In this document: positions 46,034-56,499 of the stretch, one piece after another
Position numbering within the stretch: position 1 is the stretch's first letter
Layout of the letters: every line of letters begins with the position of its first letter
DNA from: an uncultured Gammaproteobacteria bacterium
Lineage (GTDB): Bacteria; Pseudomonadota; Gammaproteobacteria; UBA9214
Reading direction: 5' to 3'
Length of the DNA stretch: 64,000 nucleotides
Assembly (NCBI GenBank): GCA_963773065.1
Contig: CAVYZN010000017.1
Span: 107,887-171,886 of the forward strand
Position numbers and translations under genes: made by a program
The notes under the pieces: model-generated
Seen by the model: the letters and a program-made list of their open reading frames with translations, nothing else
Database searches by the model: none
Told to the model about the DNA's origin: nothing

Positions 46034-48131
46034 ATGTCCAATCCCCTGCTGGAACTGCATGGCCTGCCGCCCTTTTCGAGCATCCGGCCGGAACATGTCG
46101 TCCCGGCCGTCGAGCAACTGCTGGCCGAGGCACGGCAACGGGTCAGGGAGCTGCTCGAGAGCAACACACGCTATACCTGGGAAAATCTGGTCGAACCGCT
46201 GGAAGCGATGGACGACCGCATCAACCGCGCCTGGTCGCCGGTCGGCCACCTGAACGCGGTGGTGAATACGGAAGCCCTGCGCGAGGCCTACAACGCCTGC
46301 CTGCCTAAACTGAGCGAATACAGCACCGAGATGGGCCAGAACGAAGGCCTGTATCGCGCCTTCCGGCAGATCGCGGACGGACCGGAATACCTCCAGCTCG
46401 ATACCGCCCAGAAAAAAATCATCGACAACGCGCTGCGCGATTTTCGCCTCTCCGGCATCGAACTCGACCAGGCGGCACGCGACCGCTACAAGGCGATCAT
46501 GCAGGAGCTGTCGAAGCTGACGGCGACATTCAGCGACAACGTGCTCGACGCCACCACGGCCTGGCACAAGCAGATCGGCGACGAGGGACTGCTGGCCGGC
46601 CTGCCGGCAACGGCGGTCGCGCTGGCCAGGCAGACGGCGGCCCAGCGGCAACTGGACGGCTGGGTGTTTACCCTGGAGTTCCCTTCCTACTACCCGGTCA
46701 TGACCTATGCCGACAATCGCGCATTGCGCGAGGAGCTGTACACCGCCTACGTCACGCGCGCCTCGGACCAGGGGCCGGATGCCGGCAAGTGGGACAATGC
46801 CGCCACCATGGAACGGATCCTGGCGCTGCGTCATGAAGCCGCGACCCTGCTCGGCTTCGGCAACTACGCCGAACGTTCCCTCGCCACCAAGATGGCGGAA
46901 TCCACGCAGCAGGTCATGGACTTTCTCAACGACCTGGCGATGCGCTCCCGGGCCGCCGCCGAGATGGAACTCGAGGAGGTCAAGGCCTACGCGCATGAGC
47001 AGCATGGCATGGAAGACCTGCAGGCGTGGGATATCGCCTATTACTCGGAAAAGCTGCGCCAGCGGAAATACGCCATCTCCCAGGAGGAGCTGAAGCCCTA
47101 CTTTCCGGAACCCCGCGTCGTCGACGGCCTGTTTTCGATCGTCGAGCGCCTCTATGGCATCACCATCGAGCAGATCGGGGGCGTGGACACCTGGCATGAG
47201 GACTGTGCGCTTCTACCGTATCCATGACGCCGCCGGTGAACTGCGCGGTGAATTCTACCTGGATCTCTTCGCGCGCCCGCACAAGCGCGGCGGCGCCTGG
47301 ATGGACGAATGCATCAGCCGGCGCAAAACCAGCGACGGCCTGCAGATACCCGTCGCCTACCTGACCTGCAACTTTTCACCGCCGATCGGCGACGACCCCG
47401 CCCTGTTCACCCATGACGAGGTCACCACCCTGTTCCACGAATTCGGGCACGGCCTGCATCATATGCTGACGCGGGTGGATTACGCCGGCGTGTCCGGCAT
47501 CAGCGGCGTCGCCTGGGACGCCGTCGAACTGCCGAGCCAGTTCATGGAAAACTGGTGCTGGGAACGCGAGGCGCTGGATCTCATCGCGAGCCACTACCAG
47601 ACGGGCGAGACCCTCCCGGAGCCGCTGTATCAGCGCATGCGCACGGCAAGGAATTTCCAGTCCGCCATGCAGATGGTGCGCCAGCTCGAATTCGCCCTCT
47701 TCGATTTCCGCCTGCACCAGGAATACGACCCGAAACGCGGCGCGCGCATCCATGAAATTCTCGAGGAGGTTCGTGCACAGGTGGCGGTGATACGTCCGCC
47801 GGCCTTCAACCGCTTCGAGAACGGCTTCACCCATGTCTTCTCGGGCGGCTACGCGGCGGGCTACTACAGCTACAAATGGGCGGAAGTCCTCTCCGCCGAC
47901 GCCTTCTCGGCCTTCGAGGAAACCGGCATCTTCGATCGCGATACCGGCAGCAAATTCTTAAGCAGCATCCTGGAGCAGGGCGGTTCACGCGAACCGATGG
48001 AACTGTTCGTCGATTTCCGCGGCCGCGAACCGACCATCGACGCCTTGCTGCGCCACAGCGGCCTGTCCGCGATGACGCAGGTGAAAATCGCCACCTGCGG
48101 GCACAGTCACACTGCCGCGCGACATGTCTGA
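46034..48131 (+). CDS. prlC: Oligopeptidase A; frameshift near 47200, 3' end uncertain
   Basis: MSNPLL, KRGGAWM, FHEFGHGLH, WDAVELPSQ, GYAAGYYSYKWAEVL. Confidence 0.95.
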
Positions 48132-48312
48132 AATTGATTCCCAATACCGGGGGTAGGCTGGCAATATTCTAGGAACCACCGTGAAGCGATAGTCATCCCG
48201 GCGCAAGTATTGCGCACAGTCTTAATCAGTAGATGTCACTATTCATTATCCATCGGTCGCACCGACCGATTAGACGGTTGCTCAATAACCGCCATAACCA
48301 GAAAGAACAACC

Positions 48313-49772
48313 ATGTTCGAACAAGCCTTCAAAAACATCGACGACGTGCTCTGGAAAGAGGCCGGCTGCACCACCGAGCTGGACTACACCGAGCAGACCT
48401 CCTGGCTGCTGTTCCTGAAATACCTCGACGGCCTGGAGCAGGACAAGGCCATCGAGGCCGAGCTGGAGGGCAAGAAATACACCTTCATCCTCGACGAGCC
48501 CTACCGCTGGGAGAGCTGGGCCGCGCCCAAGGGCAAGGACGGCAAGCTCGACCACAACAAGGCGCTGACCGGCGACGACCTGCGCGACTTCGTCGACCGC
48601 AAGCTCTTTCCCTACCTGCACGGCTTCAAGCAGAAGGCCAGCGGCCCGAACACCATCGAATACAAGATCGGCGAAATCTTCGGCGAGATCAAAAACAAGA
48701 TCCACAGCGGCTACAACCTGCGCGAGATCATCGACCACATCGACGAGCTGCGCTTCCGCTCGCAGACCGAGAAGCACGAGCTGTCGCACCTCTACGAAGC
48801 CAAGATCAGGAACATGGGCAACGCCGGGCGCAACGGCGGCGAGTATTACACCCCGCGCCCGCTCATCCGCGCCATGGTGCAGGTCGTGCAGCCCAAGATC
48901 GGCGAGCGCATCTACGACGGCGCCTGCGGCTCGGCGGGCTTCCTGTGCGAGTCGTTCGATTACCTGAAGCGCCAAGGGCAACCTCACCACCAAAGACCTC
49001 AAGACGCTGCAGACCCGCACCTTCTACGGCAAGGAGAAGAAGTCCCTCGCCTACGTCATCGCGATCATGAACATGATCCTGCACGGCATCGAGGCGCCCA
49101 ACATCATCCACACCAACACCCTCACCGAGAACCTCGCCGACATTCAGGAGAAGGACCGCTACGACGTGGTCCTGGCCAATCCGCCCTTCGGCGGCAAGGA
49201 GCGCAAGGAGGTGCAGCAGAACTTCCCCATCCGCACCGGCGAGACGGCGTTCCTGTTCCTCCAGCACTTCATCAAGATGCTCAAGGCCGGCGGGCGCGGC
49301 GGCGTCGTCATCAAGAACACCTTCCTCTCCAACACCGACAACGCCTCGGTGAGCCTGCGCAAGCTGCTGCTGGAAAGCTGCAACCTGCACACCGTGCTCG
49401 ACTGCCCCGGCGGCACGTTCCAGGGCGCGGGCGTGAAGACCGTGGTGCTGTTCTTCGAGAAGGGCGCGCCCGACCCGCAAAGATCTGGTACTACCAGCTC
49501 GACCCCGGCCGCAACCTCGGCAAGACCAACCCGCTCAACGATGACGACCTCGCCGAGTTCGTCGAAGCTGCAAAAGACCTTCGCCGACTCGCCCAAGTAG
49601 CTGGAGCGTGGACGCCAAGAGCATCGACCCGACGACCTTCGACCTCTCGGTGAAGAACCCGAACGGCGGCGAGGAAGTCGCGCACCGCAGCCCGCAGGCC
49701 ATCATGGACGAGATCGCCGCGCTGGATGCGGAGAGCGCGGAGGTGCTGCAAACAATTCGGAGGTTGCTGTGA
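48313..49772 (+). CDS. hsdM: Type I R-M methyltransferase subunit; several indels
   Basis: GEYYTPR, YDGACGSAGFL, MNMILHG, VLANPPFGG; ends AESAEVLQTIRRLL*. Confidence 0.93.
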
Positions 49773-49789
49773 GCACAACTTCTTCACCG

Positions 49790-49920
49790 CCGTTCGCCCT
49801 GAACCTGTGGTTCGACAGCGCTCACCATGATCGGTATCCCTTGCCGTTCCCCGACTGTGGTTCGACAAGCTCACCATGATCGGGAATCCCTTGCCGTTCG
49901 CCCTGAGCCTGTCGAAGGGC
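49790..49920. repeat. REP-like cluster (CCGTTCGCCCTGAGCYTGTCGAAGG family) with ~50-bp tandem duplication
   Basis: CCGTTCGCCCTGA, 2x GGTTCGACA(A)GC..TCACCATGATCGG, CCGTTCGCCCTGAGCCTGTCGAAGGGC. Confidence 0.88.
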
Positions 49921-49937
49921 ATTTTAACGGGGCGTAA

Positions 49938-50310
49938 ATGATGGCCTTCTGGGTCTACATCCTCCGCTGCGCCGACGGCAGCTACTACACCGGTCACACC
50001 GATAACCTAGAAAACACGCATTGGTGAACACACCTCCGGCGCCATTACCAGTTGCTACACCTTCAAGACGCCGACCGCTGGAATTGGCTGTGATTCCCAA
50101 GACTTCGCGACGCGCGAGGAAGCCTTGGCCTCCGAGCAACAAATCAAAGGCTGGAGCCGGAAAAAGAACGGAAGCCATCGATGCGAGGAGATTGGGCAGA
50201 GGTTTTATCCCGCCTCGCCACAATCTTCCACCGCCGTTCGCCCTGAGCTTGTCGACAGGGCCAGCCCCTTCCGAAATTCATCCTTCGACGAAGCTCAGGA
50301 CGAACGGAAG
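49938..50310 (+). CDS. Small GIY-YIG nuclease (UPF0213-like); multiple indels, end uncertain
   Basis: MAFWVYILRCADGSYYTGHTDNLE, EH.SG..SCYT..RRPLEL, TREEALASEQQIKGWSRKK. Confidence 0.85.
50234..50308. repeat. REP-like inverted pair overlapping the GIY-YIG 3' end
   Basis: CCGTTCGCCCTGAGCTTGTCGA ... CCTTCGACGAAGCTCAGGACGAACGG. Confidence 0.88.
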
Positions 50311-50372
50311 GAAACACCGCGATGAATTGCGCGATGGCCCGGTAATAGAAACTCGGGGATGTCTGCCAGACA

Positions 50373-50588
50373 GGCTCGCGCGCCAAGGGCAACTTCAAAA
50401 CCGGATCGGATATCGACTTGACCCTTTATGGTGAGACGCTCACGTCCGACCTGTGTTCGACCATTGCGAGTGAGCTGGATGACTTGCTGCTGCCCTACAC
50501 CATTGATCTATCCATTTTTGATGAGCTAAACCACGCGCAGCTACGCGAGCATATCGAACGCGTGGGGGTGGTGTTTTATGAGCGATAG
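50373..50588 (+). pseudogene. Minimal nucleotidyltransferase (MNT), N-terminus missing
   Basis: GSRAKGNFKTGSDIDL...LDDLLLPYTIDL...HIERVG; no start codon recognised. Confidence 0.75.
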
Positions 50589-50598
50589 AATCGGGGCC

Positions 50599-50691
50599 GC
50601 GCATCGCAGTGCGCAGGCGCTCATGGACGAGATCGCCACGCTGGATGCGGAGAGCGCGGAGGTGCTGGGGAACATCAAGGCGCTGCTATGA
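50599..50691 (+). repeat. Second, diverged copy of the hsdM 3' end
   Basis: HRSAQALMDEIATLDAESAEVLGNIKALL* versus HRSPQAIMDEIAALDAESAEVLQTIRRLL* at 49681-49772. Confidence 0.92.
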
Positions 50692-51823
50692 AGAGCGGGT
50701 GGAAAACAAGAACCTTTCGAGGACTGCCATCGAGAAGGGTGTACCTACTCGCAGAAAATGTCAGCGGAAGGATTTCTTGGATGATGGAGCGTATCCGGTC
50801 GTTTCGCAAGAGGAGGACTTCATCAATGGCTTCTGGGACAACGAAGCCGACCTCTTCAAGGTTACGACGCCCATCGTTGTATTCGGTGACCACACGAAAG
50901 TTCTGAAATATGTGGACTTCGACTTTGTGCTCGGTGCTGACGGAGTGAAAATTTTGCAGCCCCGAGAGTTTTTGCTCCCGAAATTCTTCTTCTACCAGCT
51001 ACAGATGGCGAACCTCGATTCTCTTGGCTATGCCCGGCACTACAAGCTGCTTAGGGAAGTTGGTGCATTGCCTACCCGAATCGCCACGAACAGCAGCGCA
51101 TCGTCGGCATCCTTGACAAAGCGTTTGACGGCATCGCCACCGCCAAAGCCAATGCCGAAAAGAACCTCCAAAACACCCGCGCCCTTTTCGAAAGCCACCT
51201 GCAATCCGTCTTCACCCAGCGCGGCGAGGGGTGGGTCTGAAAAACGTTTGGCTGAAGTCTCGAAGGACTTCGGTCGGGGCAAGTCAAAACACCGCCCGAG
51301 GAATGCATCCCAGACTTTACAACGGGGAGTATCCCTTCATTCAAACCGGCGACGTGCGAAACTCGGATCATTTGATCACTTCGTACAGCCAGACCTACAA
51401 CGAAGCGGGTCTCGCACAAAGCAAACTCTGGCCGAAGGGGACTCTCTGCATCACCATTGCCGCCAACATAGCTGAAACTGGAATTCTGGATTTTGATGCC
51501 TGTTTTCCTGACAGTGTCATCGGCGTCGTAGCCAACGAAAACCTCACCAGCAACAAGTTTCTTGAATGATCCTGCTTCAAAGTTTCAAAGCGCGGTTGCA
51601 GGCGCAAGGGAAAGGCAGCGCGCAGGACAACATCAACCTCGGAACGTTTGAGAATCAGTTGTTCCCGTTTCCAAGCCTGAAGAACCAATCAGCAATTGTC
51701 TCGACGCTCGATTCTCTCCGTGAGGAAACCCAGCGCCTCGAATCCCTCTACCAGCGCAAGCTCGCCGCTCTCGATGCGCTGAAAAAGTCACTGCTGCATC
51801 AGGCGTTCAGCGGCCAGCTATGA
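50688..51823 (+). CDS. hsdS: Type I R-M specificity subunit; several indels
   Basis: MKSGW, TRD1 (FGDHT..KYVDFDF..GADG), EQQRIVGILDKAF, TRD2 (RGKSKHRPR..PFIQTGDV), LKKSLLHQAFSGQL*. Confidence 0.92.
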
Positions 51824-51839
51824 ACTTGTCCCTGAATAT

Positions 51840-51889
51840 CCGTTCGGGCTGAGCGTGTCGAAGCCCTTCGACACGCTCAGGGCGAACGG
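51840..51889. repeat. REP-like hairpin upstream of the BRO-like gene
   Basis: CCGTTCGGGCTGAGCGTGTCGAAG-CC-CTTCGACACGCTCAGGGCGAACGG. Confidence 0.9.
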
Positions 51890-51905
51890 GCAATTGGAGC
51901 CATAC

Positions 51906-52778
51906 ATGCAACACCTACCCGCCCAGTTTGAAGACCACGCCATCCGCCGCGTCTATGACGAAGACACCGAAACCTGGTGGTTCTCGGTGGTGGACATCAT
52001 TCAAGTGTTAACGCAACAAAGAGATTTTCAGGCAGCCAGAAACTACTGGAAAGTCCTGAAAAACCGCCTTGCAAGGGAAGGCAGTGAGTCGGTTACAAAA
52101 TGTAACCGACTGAAATTGCCCGCTGCCGATGGCAAGAACTACCTTACCGACGTCGCCACCGCCGAGACCCTGTTGCGCCTGGTGCAGTCCGTCTCCAGCC
52201 CCAAGGCGGAGCCGATCAAGCTGTGGTTGGCCAAGGTCGGCTACGAGCGCATGCAGGAAATGGCCGACCCGGCCTTGTCACTGGATCGCGCCCGCGAGAC
52301 CTGGCAGAAGCATGGGCGCAGCGAGAGGTGGATACAGCAGCGCATGACCGGGCAGGAGACGCGCAACAAGCCTGTCCTGAGCATGGTCGAAGGGTTGACT
52401 GATTATTGGGCAAACCACGACATCAAGAAAGGCGAGGAATTCGCCATTCTCACCAACATCATTCACCAGGAATGGTCCGGCGTGACCGTGAAGGCGCACA
52501 AGGGCATGAAGGGCCTCAAGAGCCAGAATCTGCGCGACCACATGAGCGAGGCGGAACTGATTTTTACCGCGCTGGCCGAACTCTCGACGCGCCAGATTGC
52601 TGAGACGGACAAGGCGACGGGCATGACCGGGAACAAGGTGGCCGCGATCAAGGGCGGCGCAATCGCCAGGCAGGCGCGCAAGGCGCTGGAGGCCAAAACG
52701 GGAAAGTCGGTAGTAACCGGCGCAAACTTTCTGCCACCGGGCAAGGGATCGTCAATCAAGAAGGTGCCGAAAAAATGA
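51906..52778 (+). CDS. BRO-N-like (phage antirepressor-type) DNA-binding protein
   Basis: IRRVYDE..WWFSVVDII, RNYWKVLKNRL, AADGK..TD, SPKAEP.KLWLA, NLRDHM. Confidence 0.85.
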   Translation: MQHLPAQFEDHAIRRVYDEDTETWWFSVVDIIQVLTQQRDFQAARNYWKVLKNRLAREGSESVTKCNRLKLPAADGKNYLTDVATAETLLRLVQSVSSPKAEPIKLWLAKVGYERMQEMADPALSLDRARETWQKHGRSERWIQQRMTGQETRNKPVLSMVEGLTDYWANHDIKKGEEFAILTNIIHQEWSGVTVKAHKGMKGLKSQNLRDHMSEAELIFTALAELSTRQIAETDKATGMTGNKVAAIKGGAIARQARKALEAKTGKSVVTGANFLPPGKGSSIKKVPKK

Positions 52779-52824
52779 ACGAGGCCGAAACCCGCTGCGC
52801 CCGGCCTTCAGCGGCAGGCTATGA
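52775..52824 (+). repeat. Chimeric junction: hsdR start copy fused to hsdS end copy
   Basis: ATGAACGAGGCCGAAACCCGC (MNEAETR; 17/21 to 53983) then GGCCTTCAGCGGCAGGCTATGA (19/22 to 51802-51823). Confidence 0.85.
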
Positions 52825-52833
52825 CGATGTCCT

Positions 52834-52927
52834 CCGTTCGTGCTGAGCCTGTCGAAGCATGAACGGAGGAAGGCACGAAAACAGGGGCAGGCGTGGTCTA
52901 CCCTTCGACACACTCAGGGCGAGCGGG
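52834..52927. repeat. REP-like inverted pair upstream of fic
   Basis: CCGTTCGTGCTGAGCCTGTCGAAGCA ... CCCTTCGACACACTCAGGGCGAGCGG. Confidence 0.88.
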
Positions 52928-52979
52928 ACCGCTTGACACATAACTTGACTCACACTTGACACTTAACTAGGCTTTCCCA

Positions 52980-53986
52980 ATGGCCTATGTCCCGCAATTC
53001 ACCATCACCCCGGCCCTGCTTGCTGAAGTGGAACAGGTCGCGGCGTTGCGCGAGCGCATTCAAAGCGCCGTGGTGGATCTTGCCTGGGTTCCCGCCCTGC
53101 AGAAGGACACCCGCACGCGCAATGGCCACGCCTCGACGGCCATCGAGGGGAATCCGCTGACCCTCGAACAGGTGCGTGCCCTGGAGGAAGGGCGCGAACT
53201 TTCCGCATCCGGCGCGCGGCCCAGCGGGAAGTCCTCAATTATTTCGCTGGACTGCGTTATGTGGAAAAAAACATGGCCAAAAAAACCATCCGCCATGCGG
53301 ACATTCTGGAGTTGCACCGGATCCTGGCCGGGGAGGTGATGGATCAGGGCGAGGCCGGGAAATATCGGACGATCGCGGTGCGGGTGGGGCAGTATCTCCC
53401 GCCGCCGCCGGATGCCGTTTCGGGGCTGATGTTCGAGTTGCTGGAGTGGTGGAACACGGCTTCACAGAAACTCTCGCCGGTTCTCAGCTCGGCCATACTG
53501 CATTACCGGTTTGAGGCCATCCATCCGTTTGCCGACGGCAACGGCCGCACCGGCCGGGCGCTCGCGTTGTGGGAACTCTACCGGCGCGGCTTCGATACCC
53601 ATCACATTTTTTCGGTGGACGAATATTACTGGGAAGATCGACCAAAATATTATGCGGCACTGGATGGCGTGCGGCAGGCCGGGGGCGACCTGAGCGCATG
53701 GTTGGAATATTGTGCGACGGGACTTCGGCAAACCCTCGAACGGGCGTGGCTGCGGATTCAAACCTTCCAAACCAGGACCACGGAGAAACTGGTGTTGCGC
53801 CCGAGGCAGGAACAGCTTCTCCATCTGCTGCGCGATCACGGCAGCATGGCTCCCGGTGAAATCTGGAAAGCGCTGGATGTGTCCCGACAGGGGGCGATGG
53901 ACCTATTGCGTCCGCTGCTTGACGCGGGCCTGGTCGAGAAGGTCGGTGGAAAAAAGACAGGGCGTTACGTTTTGCGAAACCCATGA
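52980..53986 (+). CDS. Fic family protein with C-terminal winged HTH; frameshift near 53225
   Basis: HASTAIEGNPLT, Fic motif HPFADGNGRTGR, C-terminal VSRQGAMDLL..G..GRY. Confidence 0.92.
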
Positions 53987-56377
53987 ATGAAGCCGAGACC
54001 CGTGCCGAACACATCGACCCCGCGCTGGCGGCGGCGGGCTGGGGCGTGGTCGAAGGTAGCCGCATCCGGCGCGAGTATGCGATCACGCTCGGTCGCATCG
54101 AGGGCCATGGCAAGCGCGGCAAGGCGCTCACCGCCGATTATGTGCTGGAATACCGCAACACCAAGCTGGCGGTGGTCGAGGCCAAGGCATGGGACAAGCC
54201 GCTGACCGAGGGCGTGGCGCAGGCCAAGGATTACGCCGGCAAGCTGGCTATACGCTTCACCTATGCCAGCAACGGGCAGGGCATCTACGGCATCGACATG
54301 GACACCGGCGTCGAGGCCGAATTGGCGCAGTATCCGACCCCGGAAGAACTCTGGAACCGGACCTTCGCCACGCAGAACATCTGGCGCGACCGATTTGCCG
54401 CCGTGCCGTTCGAGGACCGGGGCGGTTATTTCCAGGGGCGCTATTACCAGGACATCGCCATCGAGCGGGTGCTGACGGCCATCGCCGACGGGCGCGAGCG
54501 CATCCTGCTGACGCTGGCGACCGGCACGGGCAAGACCTTCATCGCCTTCCAGATCGCGTGGAAGCTGTTCCACAGCCGCTGGAATCTGAACGACTGGGAT
54601 AGTGAGAGCGATCCTACGTCGACCGCGCATCCTGTTCCTGGCTGACCGCAATATTCTGGCCAATCAGGCTTACAATGCCTTCTCAGCCTTTCCCGAAGAC
54701 GCGCTGGTGCGCATCGCTCCGGAAGACATCCGCAAGAAAGGCAGGGTGCCGAAGAACGGCAGCATCTTCTTCACGATCTTCCAGACCTTCATGAGCGGCC
54801 CGCCCCAACAGCCGCGAACGGAATTCAGACGTCGTTCGTGGTGAGCTTGTCGAACCACGAGCTCAGCCAGAACGGTCCTTCTATTTCGGCGAGTATCCCC
54901 GGACTTCTTCGACTTCATCGTCATCGACGAGTGCCACCGCGGCGGCGCCAACGACGAGAGCAACTGGCGCGGCATTCTCGATTACTTCGCCCCCGCCGTG
55001 CAACTTGGCCTGACCGCCACGCCCAAACGCAAGGACAACGTGGATACCTACGCCTATTTCGGCGAGCCGGTGTTCGTCTACTCGCTCAAGGAGGGCATCA
55101 ACGACGGTTTCCTCACGCCGTTCCGGGTGAAGCAGATCGCCACGACGCTGGACGAATACGTCTATACGCCCGATGACACGCTGGTCGAAGGCGAAATCGA
55201 GGCGGGCAAACGCTACGAGGAAGCCGACTTCAACAGGATCATCGAGATCAAGGAGCGGGAGGCGCACCGGGTCAAACTCCTCATGGGCAGATTGACCAGC
55301 GCGAGAAAACCCTGGTTTTTTGCGCCAACCAGGCTCATGCGCTGGTGGTGCGTGACCTCATCAACCAGATGAAGACCGAGCACCGACCCGAACTACTGCC
55401 AGCGGGTGACGGCCAACGACGGCGCGCTGGGCGAGCAGCACCTGCGGGATTTTCAGGACAACGAAAAGACCATCCCGACCATTCTGACCACCTCGCAGAA
55501 GCTCTCGACCGGCGTGGATGCGCGCAATATCCGCAACATCGTGCTGATGCGTCCGATCAACTCGATGATCGAGTTCAAGCAGATCATCGGGCGCGGCACG
55601 CGGCTCTACGACGGCAAGGACTACTTCACCATCTACGACTTCGTGAAGGCGCACCATCACTTCAGCGACCCGGAGTGGGATGGCGAGCCGGTTGAACCGG
55701 AACCGAAGCGAACCCACGCATCCAAGGCGCCGCGAGCTGCCGGATCAACCCGACGTGCGAGAGCCAGCCGGCGGAATACGGCAACCGCACAGAAGATCAA
55801 GGTCAAGCTGGCCGACGGCAAGGAGCGGACCATTCAGCATATGATGGCGACGAGCTTCTGGCACCCTGACGGCACGCCGATGTCGGCCGCGCAGTTCATG
55901 GAAGCGCTGTTCGGAAAACTGCCGGAGTTCTTCAAGGACGAAGACGAGCTGCGCGCCTTGTGGAGCGCGCCGGATACGCGCAGGAAACTGCTGGAGGGAC
56001 TGGCTGAAAAGGGCTTCGGCAAGGATCAACTGGCTGAAATGCAGAAGATCATCGACGCGGAGAAGAGCGATCTGTTCGATGTGCTGGCCCATGTGGCTTA
56101 TGCCCTGGCCCCGCTCACCCGTGAAGAACGCGCTGCCCGGGCCAAGGCGATTATCAGCACGCACTTCAACAGCAAGCAGCAGGTCTTCCTCGACTTCGTG
56201 CTATCCCATTACGTCAGCGTCGGCGTGGAAGAGCTCGACCAGGCAAAGCTGACGCCGCTGCTGCGCCTGAAGTATCACGATTCGATTGCGGATGCCGTGG
56301 CCGACCTCGGCCGACCGGACGAGATCGGCAAAGTGTTCAGCGGCTTCCAGAAGTACCTCTATCAAGAGTCGGTATGA
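53983..56377 (+). CDS. hsdR: Type I R-M restriction subunit (EcoAI/EcoEI-like); several indels
   Basis: MNEAETR, ADY..VVEAK, LATGTGKT, DECHRG, GLTATPK, STGVD, QIIGRGTR. Confidence 0.93.
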
Positions 56378-56499
56378 ACACCAACCCCTATATGCCGAGG
56401 CTGATCTGGGCGACAATGGCGGCGTAAGAAAGCCAATCCGTGTAGCTAGAACCCAGCAGGCAATAACGAGGCCGCGCCACATAAGGTTTTAAGCAATAC

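Noticed and set aside
48061-48131. PrlC with a novel C-terminal extension or PrlC-Xth fusion
   Set aside because: The extension is the duplicated xth start read through; a one-base change at GCGATGA would give a normal stop.
49790-49920. Tandem ~50-bp repeats as a mini CRISPR array
   Set aside because: Only two units, the intervening sequences are near-identical rather than unique spacers, there are no cas genes, and the units match the dispersed REP family.
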